DNA from: Nitrospirota bacterium
Lineage (GTDB): Bacteria; Nitrospirota; Leptospirillia; Leptospirillales; Leptospirillaceae
Assembly: GCA_021826965.1 (NCBI GenBank)
Contig: JAKAYA010000008.1
Span: 3,060-67,059, forward strand
Length of the DNA: 64,000 nucleotides
Direction: 5' to 3'
Positions 58,083 to 64,000 of the stretch are shown here, in pieces. The stretch's first letter is position 1. The number at the start of each line of letters is the position of its first letter. The position numbers and the translations under genes were made by a program. The notes below the pieces were generated by a model, which was given only the letters and a program-made list of their open reading frames with translations, was not told where the DNA came from and searched no databases.

Positions 58083-60704
58083 TTAACCCGGATGGGCATC
58101 CACCCAGTTTTTTCCGTGCCCGACCTGGACGACCAGGGGAACCTTCAGTTCCAGCGCACCTTCCATCACCGATCGAACGACCCGGGAGGATTCCTCCAGG
58201 TCGTCCTCCCGAACCTCGAAGAGCAATTCGTCATGGACCTGGATGAGAAGGTTGCCGACATTCGTCCGCTCTTGCCGGACACGCCCGAAGTCGACCATCG
58301 ATTTCTTGATGAGGTCCGCTGCCGAACCTTGCAAGACCGTATTGACCGCCATTCGTTCGCCATATTCGCGGTTGCGGCGATCCGACGCCGCAAGTTCGGG
58401 GATTTTCCGTTTCCGACCCAGAACCGTCCGGACTTCCCCCGTCCTCCTCGCTTCCTCCAGAATCCTTTCGAAGAGCGGACCCACTTTCGGAAAAGCTCCG
58501 AAGTACCGGTCGATGAATTCCTGGGCTTCTGCCGTATCGACCCCAAGGTCCTGGGACAGGCTGAAAGCCGACATCCCGTAGAGAATCCCGAAATTGATCG
58601 TCTTGGCCTTTCTCCGCGTATCCGGTGTGACCGGATCCCCGAACAGAAGCCTGGCGGTCCGGGCATGAATGTCCTCGTTGCGTTCGAACACGGCCATCAA
58701 CTCCGGATCTTCGGAAAAATGGGCAAGGAGACGCAGTTCGATCTGAGAGTAGTCCGCCGAGAGAAGAAGATGCCCATCATCGGCGATGAAACATTTCCGG
58801 ATTTCCCGGCCGGCCGGACTCCGCATCGGAATGTTCTGGAGATTGGGGCTGGACGAGGAAAGCCTTCCCGTCGCCGTCACCGTCTGGTTGAACTGACCGT
58901 GGAGTCTCCCTTGCGGATCGATTCCCCGGGAAATGGGTTCCACGTAGGTTGAAAGAAGCTTTTTCATTTGACGATAGGCCAGAATCTTCTCCGGAAGGGG
59001 ATGGAGACCGGACAGTCCGGTCAGCGTCTCCTCGTCCGTCGAATATCCGGTCTTTCCTTTCCGAGCCGTCGGAAGACCCAGCTTTCCATAAAGGATTTCC
59101 CCCACTTGTCTGGGAGACAGGATGGTAAACCGGGTTCCGGCCAAGCGATAGATTTCCTCTTCAAGGTCCTTCGCGAGAGCATCGATGGTTTTTCTCGCCT
59201 CCTCAAGAGCTTGTCGATCGATCCGGATTCCCGACATTTCCATCTGGTAGAGAAGTCTCCCCAACGGAATCTCGATCGTCTGCATCAACGTCAGAAGGCC
59301 CTCTCTTCCGGTGTCCTCCCACAGCTTCGACAGCACCTCCCGGACGAGCTCCGGACGACCTGTGGCTTCCGGAAGGAAATACCGGCTGGCCAGATTTTCC
59401 AGAAGATAGTCCCGATGGCCCGGATCCAGGAGATAGGCCGCGATTGTCGCGTCGAAGGAAACGGCAAGCCGGGTCTCGAAAAACGGTGGACAAACCCTGT
59501 AAAGACGGGTCTGATCGAAGCACCAGACAGGACGTCCTGCCGTTTTCCAGCGGGAAACTTTCTTCAGCACTTCTTCCAGATCGGAAAACGGGTGAAAAGT
59601 GGCCCGTCTCCCGTCATGGACCCAGAAGCCCTTGTCCGGAACAAGATCAATCCCGGCGGACGGACATCCCGGAGCCTCCGGCAAGTCTTCCTCCAGCATA
59701 CGGGTGTCTTCCGATGCTTTTCCGGAAGCTTCCTTTTCCGCGACGGGAGGACGGTCCCGCTCTGCGATCGCCTTTTGCGCACGAGAGAGCAGTCCCGGTG
59801 CTTCAAGCTCCTGAAGAAGCGCCTTCAGAGATTCCGGATCGGCGGGAGACAGGTGCAGGTCGTCTGATTCCGGTGACAGGTCCAGATCGGTGTGCAGGAC
59901 TGTGACCTTCTTGTTCCGGAAAACCCTGTCGCGGTGTTCTTCGAGGAGTTTCCGGATCCGCCCGGCCGGGACTTTTCCCAAGTCCTCGTAAAGGGTTTCG
60001 ACCGTTCGATTTTCTTCCAGAAGCTTCGCGGCCGTCTTTTGTCCGATGCCGGGAACTCCGGGAATATTGTCCGCCGAATCCCCCGTCAGCGCGAGAAGGT
60101 CGGGTATCTGCCAGGGTTCCACACCCCATTTTTCCCGAACGTCTTTTGGTTCAAGAACCTTCTTCGTCATCGGGTCATAGACCGAAACCCGTTCGGAAAC
60201 CAGCGTCAGGAGATCCTTGTCGGACGACAGGATGACGACGTGCCCGGGCGTCTGGTTCCGGTCGTGGTCTTTCAGCCATTTTCCGGCCAGCGCGGCGATG
60301 GTATCGTCCGCTTCATAGCCGTCTGTCGAAATCAGAGGAATTCCGATTCCGCGGATCAGGCGCTCGATATAGGGAATCTGCTGCAGAAAATCAGAGGGAG
60401 GTTCGGGTCTGTTGGCCTTGATCTCGGGCAGGATTTCCGAACGGACATTTCCCGTCCGGCTTTCGAAAACTACCGCCATGGCAGCGGGAGACAGGTCCTT
60501 CATGACCGAAAGGAGCATGTTCCCAAAAACGGTAACGGCACCGGTCGGGATGCCGGCACGGGTGACGAAGGATACCCGGCTGTGATACGCCCGGAATATA
60601 TACCCGAAGCCGTCCATGAGGACGAGAGTGTTCGACGGGAGATCCCTGGCCCAGTCGGGTGTACCCGGCCTTTTTCCCTTCCTCCCGGCGGGGAAGACCA
60701 TCAC
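58083..60704 (-). CDS. polA: DNA polymerase I
   Basis: 5'-3' exonuclease (YEADD, GDSADNIPGV), TGRLSSSSPNLQNIP, DYSQIELR, QVHDEL. Confidence 0.96.
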   Translation of the reverse strand: MMVFPAGRKGKRPGTPDWARDLPSNTLVLMDGFGYIFRAYHSRVSFVTRAGIPTGAVTVFGNMLLSVMKDLSPAAMAVVFESRTGNVRSEILPEIKANRPEPPSDFLQQIPYIERLIRGIGIPLISTDGYEADDTIAALAGKWLKDHDRNQTPGHVVILSSDKDLLTLVSERVSVYDPMTKKVLEPKDVREKWGVEPWQIPDLLALTGDSADNIPGVPGIGQKTAAKLLEENRTVETLYEDLGKVPAGRIRKLLEEHRDRVFRNKKVTVLHTDLDLSPESDDLHLSPADPESLKALLQELEAPGLLSRAQKAIAERDRPPVAEKEASGKASEDTRMLEEDLPEAPGCPSAGIDLVPDKGFWVHDGRRATFHPFSDLEEVLKKVSRWKTAGRPVWCFDQTRLYRVCPPFFETRLAVSFDATIAAYLLDPGHRDYLLENLASRYFLPEATGRPELVREVLSKLWEDTGREGLLTLMQTIEIPLGRLLYQMEMSGIRIDRQALEEARKTIDALAKDLEEEIYRLAGTRFTILSPRQVGEILYGKLGLPTARKGKTGYSTDEETLTGLSGLHPLPEKILAYRQMKKLLSTYVEPISRGIDPQGRLHGQFNQTVTATGRLSSSSPNLQNIPMRSPAGREIRKCFIADDGHLLLSADYSQIELRLLAHFSEDPELMAVFERNEDIHARTARLLFGDPVTPDTRRKAKTINFGILYGMSAFSLSQDLGVDTAEAQEFIDRYFGAFPKVGPLFERILEEARRTGEVRTVLGRKRKIPELAASDRRNREYGERMAVNTVLQGSAADLIKKSMVDFGRVRQERTNVGNLLIQVHDELLFEVREDDLEESSRVVRSVMEGALELKVPLVVQVGHGKNWVDAHPG

Positions 60705-60707
60705 CCC

Positions 60708-61640
60708 CTACCGGCCTTTTGTGCTTTTGACCGGATAACGCCATTCGGGATGAAGTGGAGAAATCCCCCGGACGATGTCAAAGAACGCCTTCTGCAACTT
60801 GAGCGTCACTGGTCCTGGTTTTCCCGTTCCAATCATGCGCTCGTCCACTTCCCGAATCGGTGTGATCTCGGCGGCTGTGCCCGTAAAGAAAGCTTCGTCA
60901 GCCAGATAAAGATCGTCCCGCGTCAGCATCTCCTCCGATACCGTCAACCCGTCTTCCCGGGCCAGGGTGATGATGGCGTCCCGGGTAATGCCGTCGAGCA
61001 CGGTCTTCAGGACAGGTGTGCGCAATACGCCATCGGAAACGATGAAAATGTTTTCGCCCGGACCTTCTGCGACGAATCCTTCATGGTCCAGAAGGATGGC
61101 CTCGTCGTAACCGGCCATCTTGACTTCCCACTTGGCCAGCTGGGAATTGACATAATGGGCCGACACCTTGGCCCGGTTCAAGAATGCGTTGACGCCAAAC
61201 CGCTGGTAAGAACTGACCTTCGCCCGGATACCCCTCGAAAGGCCTTCTTCCCCCAGATATGTCCCCCATTCCCATGCCGCGATCGAAACCCGGATAGGAT
61301 TCTGGCGAGCGTAAATCCCCATGTCGCCATAACCGATATACATCAGAGGCCGGATGTAGCAGGAGGTCAATCCGTTTTCGGCCACCGTCCGGACCGTTGC
61401 ATCCATCAGCTCGGAAGCACCAAAGGGAGAGGCCATGTGCATCACCTTCCCGGAATTGATCAGACGGTCGATATGCTCCTTCAGACGGAAGACATGCGTC
61501 CCGTCGGGTCCGTCGTAGGCCCGGATTCCTTCGAAGACAGCCATGGCATAGTGGAGGGAATGCGTCAGGACATGGACATTGGCTTCCTTCCAGGGCACAA
61601 GGGTTCCATCCATCCAAATCCACTGCGATTCTTTTAACAT
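60708..61640 (-). CDS. ilvE: branched-chain amino acid aminotransferase
   Basis: HSLHY..VFEGIRAY, YIRP, EGPGENIF, LDGITR, FFTGTAAE. Confidence 0.95.
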   Translation of the reverse strand: MLKESQWIWMDGTLVPWKEANVHVLTHSLHYAMAVFEGIRAYDGPDGTHVFRLKEHIDRLINSGKVMHMASPFGASELMDATVRTVAENGLTSCYIRPLMYIGYGDMGIYARQNPIRVSIAAWEWGTYLGEEGLSRGIRAKVSSYQRFGVNAFLNRAKVSAHYVNSQLAKWEVKMAGYDEAILLDHEGFVAEGPGENIFIVSDGVLRTPVLKTVLDGITRDAIITLAREDGLTVSEEMLTRDDLYLADEAFFTGTAAEITPIREVDERMIGTGKPGPVTLKLQKAFFDIVRGISPLHPEWRYPVKSTKGR

Positions 61641-61678
61641 ACGTGCCCTTTCCTGACGTCAGCCCGGAAGGAGGGAGA

Positions 61679-62383
61679 TCACTCCTCCCCCCGGAACAGT
61701 TCAAATATTCTCAAAAGTGAAATGAACAGGTTCAGGACATCCAGATACAGTGTCACCACTGCCATGACGGGAGTCATTTCTTCTTGTCCGGACTGCAGGA
61801 TTCGCGCGGTGTCAAACAGGATCAGTCCCGAGAAGACAAGCGCCCCGATCCCGGCTACAAGAGCCTGGAGAAAAAGGGGATGCCAGAAAATCTGGACCAC
61901 AGACAGGATGACGACGATAATCAGCCCTGTAAACAGGAAGCTTCCGAGAAAGGAAAAGCTTTTGCGGGACACCAGGGCATACAGGGACAGGGAAAAGAAT
62001 ATCGCCGTTGTCATCAGGAGGCTGTCGGCCACCATGGTCTGCCCGCCGGGAAGACGGACGGCCTGAGCCAGCATGGGCCCGAGAGAAGCTCCCATCAGGG
62101 CGGCGAAGAAGAACATCACCAGAAGATTCACGACGGGGATCCGCTGGACAGCCATCAGAAGAAAAAGGGTTCCGAACATGGCCACCGCAAAAAGAATCGG
62201 ATGCCCGACAAACAGGGGAAGTCCCGCTCCCATGCCCCAGACGGCCGCACCCGCCGAAACCATTAACGTGATGGCCAGCAGGCCATACACCTTGACCATA
62301 TACTGCCCGACGACCGACTGACTGGGCAGGCTTTCAACGATATTTCCCCCGAAGGGGTTCTCATTCCTTGTATTTCCGAACAT
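61679..62383 (-). CDS. Bax inhibitor-1/YccA family membrane protein
   Basis: seven TM; FSFLGSFLF, ILFDT, LYLDVLNLF. Confidence 0.9.
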   Translation of the reverse strand: MFGNTRNENPFGGNIVESLPSQSVVGQYMVKVYGLLAITLMVSAGAAVWGMGAGLPLFVGHPILFAVAMFGTLFLLMAVQRIPVVNLLVMFFFAALMGASLGPMLAQAVRLPGGQTMVADSLLMTTAIFFSLSLYALVSRKSFSFLGSFLFTGLIIVVILSVVQIFWHPLFLQALVAGIGALVFSGLILFDTARILQSGQEEMTPVMAVVTLYLDVLNLFISLLRIFELFRGEE

Positions 62384-62461
62384 GAGTGACTTCTCCTTGG
62401 TTGATAACGGGATCATCCGGCCCTGGCCATAAGGGAGGAGCCGAAACTTTTTATTATTGTA

Positions 62462-63019
62462 TCAGATTTCCTGTGCCGGCTCATCTCCCCCGTCCTGTAC
62501 CGACTGCCGGAAAAGGGGGTACTGTGGAAATGCGCGGACAAAACTCGCCGGATCCAGCACAAGGCAGTCGCGGACATAGGGAACCTTCCAGAGTTCGGGG
62601 CCTTCCCGTCGGATTCGCGCGAGAAGCCTGTCCTTGAACACCACCAGAAGGGCCGATGAATCGGGAAAGATCCGGTCGAACCCCAGCAGAACGACGAAAA
62701 GAATCGGTTTGACGCTCTTTCCCATCAAATGGAGCCAGGTATAACTGTCTCGAATTTTCGGGACGAGGGACTGGTGGATCAGCCGGTCTGTCCGGAAACT
62801 TTCCGGACGCCTCCATCCGCCGGTTCCCGTCCGGTGGTCCGGGGTTTGAAAAGGATCCTTGATCTCGAGCAGAATCGTCTGTCGTTGCTCTTCCACCATA
62901 AAGTCCACAAGGGACATTCCTTGGGGAACAGGACTTCCGGCACGGTCGAAACGCTCCCACCGCAGAGCGCGCGACAGGTCCAGAACAAAATCGCCTTCCC
63001 GAACTTTCACAGAGACCAC
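62462..63019 (-). CDS. hypothetical protein with PD-(D/E)xK nuclease-like motif
   Basis: MSLVDFMVE..ILLEIKDP, KIRDSY; overlaps the ATPase stop. Confidence 0.6.
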   Translation of the reverse strand: MVSVKVREGDFVLDLSRALRWERFDRAGSPVPQGMSLVDFMVEEQRQTILLEIKDPFQTPDHRTGTGGWRRPESFRTDRLIHQSLVPKIRDSYTWLHLMGKSVKPILFVVLLGFDRIFPDSSALLVVFKDRLLARIRREGPELWKVPYVRDCLVLDPASFVRAFPQYPLFRQSVQDGGDEPAQEI

Positions 63020-63948
63020 CGCTTGTCCATTGCGCGATCGATGTCCCGGTCGAAAAGGCTCCGGAGCGCATCCGATGCGGGATTGCGGGAGAGCCCCGAC
63101 AGGCTGGACGAAGATTCCGCGTCGATCCTGTCCAGACGATCATTTCGATAGAAACAATGATAAAGGACAGCGTCCCCGTTTGCCTGCCGGAGGTCCGTCT
63201 CTTTCAGGAAAACGTAATCGCGGGTCGCCACCAGAACCTGAACTCCCGACCGGGACAAGAACAGAAGGATTTCCACCAGTTCGCCCATCAGGAGGGGGCC
63301 GAACATCCCTTCCGGAGAATCCCACAGAAGCACGCTCCCGGGAATCAGACGACCCTGTCGCAAAATGAGTGAAAGAAGTCCCAGTTGCCGTGTCGCCGGA
63401 GTCACCTGTGCCCAGGGACTCCAGCCGCGGGCATTTTTAATCCAGAAACTCCCGTTTCGTCGACACACCCTGCCGGGCATCGTCTTTTCAACCAGTCGGA
63501 CAAACCTCGAACGATAAGCTCCCGGCTTTTCTGAAAACAGGTCCGGAATATCTTTTTCGGACGGAAAGAAGAAAACGCTTTTCGGCTGGAAAGGGACGGG
63601 TTCCCCTGTTGCTTCCTCTTTGATACGTATTTCGACGTCCTTTTTACGGACCTTCTCTGCCACAAAAGTCCGCAGAACTTTTTTTTCCTCTGAAAGCTTC
63701 AATCGTCCTTCTGCGACGGCCGACAACCGGTGAAGGAGAAAGGAGGAAGATCCTTCCGGAGAGGTCAGGAGCCCGGAAAAATGCCGGGACAAATCTCTGG
63801 CTGCAGGAGCGGTGAGCCCTGCCCGGACAAACTGGAGAAAATGGGATTTTCCCGTTCCGTTCATTCCCGTCAGCACGTTCAGACCTGCCGACAGATCCAG
63901 GGTCAGTTCCGAAAACGCACCAAACCCTCGAAGAGAAACCGTTTTCAA
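63007..63948 (-). CDS. AAA_15/AAA_21-type (ABC-like) ATPase with degenerate motifs
   Basis: GLNVLTGMNGTGKS Walker A, LLWDSPE Walker B variant, QVLVATRDY H-loop variant. Confidence 0.75.
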   Translation of the reverse strand: MKTVSLRGFGAFSELTLDLSAGLNVLTGMNGTGKSHFLQFVRAGLTAPAARDLSRHFSGLLTSPEGSSSFLLHRLSAVAEGRLKLSEEKKVLRTFVAEKVRKKDVEIRIKEEATGEPVPFQPKSVFFFPSEKDIPDLFSEKPGAYRSRFVRLVEKTMPGRVCRRNGSFWIKNARGWSPWAQVTPATRQLGLLSLILRQGRLIPGSVLLWDSPEGMFGPLLMGELVEILLFLSRSGVQVLVATRDYVFLKETDLRQANGDAVLYHCFYRNDRLDRIDAESSSSLSGLSRNPASDALRSLFDRDIDRAMDKRWSL

Positions 63949-64000
63949 AAATCCTTTGCACTCCGGGATCCCGGCCTGTTTCCGGTCCTTTATCGGATTC

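Noticed and set aside
59200-59760. Eroded 3'-5' exonuclease region of PolA
   Set aside because: Loss of proofreading motifs is common in bacterial Pol I

Overview
A chromosomal window of a GC-rich bacterium (roughly 55-60% GC by eye), mostly housekeeping genes. The gene content and a strong excess of the palindrome TCCGGA suggest an acidophilic Nitrospirota such as Leptospirillum group II; this is an inference, not checked by search. Core genes are trmI, a dapF-like gene, dksA, ffs-dnaX-ybaB-recR-prfC, tadA, mazG, lpdA, udgB, rnr, pal, thiL-lon-galU-coaE, polA and ilvE, plus all four tRNA-Ser isoacceptors and tRNA-fMet. Accessory parts are one IS200/IS605 element (tnpA + tnpB), a CzcCBA-type RND efflux operon, two TusA/DsrE sulfur-relay clusters, c-di-GMP proteins, a large Ser/Gly-rich surface lipoprotein with a LuxR regulator, and an ATPase plus nuclease-like gene pair at the right edge. 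The most notable observations: (1) the IS appears to have inserted exactly at the dapF stop codon, swapping TAG for TGA and leaving the protein unchanged, and it pairs an HUH-mutated TnpA with an intact TnpB; (2) a complete sigma54 circuit (activator, enhancer, AT tract, -24/-12 promoter) seems to drive a 45-aa membrane peptide; (3) the DapF homolog has both catalytic Cys replaced by Ser; (4) three degenerate GGDEF proteins keep the RxxD site; (5) the ATPase/PD-(D/E)xK pair has degenerate ATPase motifs. No CRISPR array or rRNA was seen.
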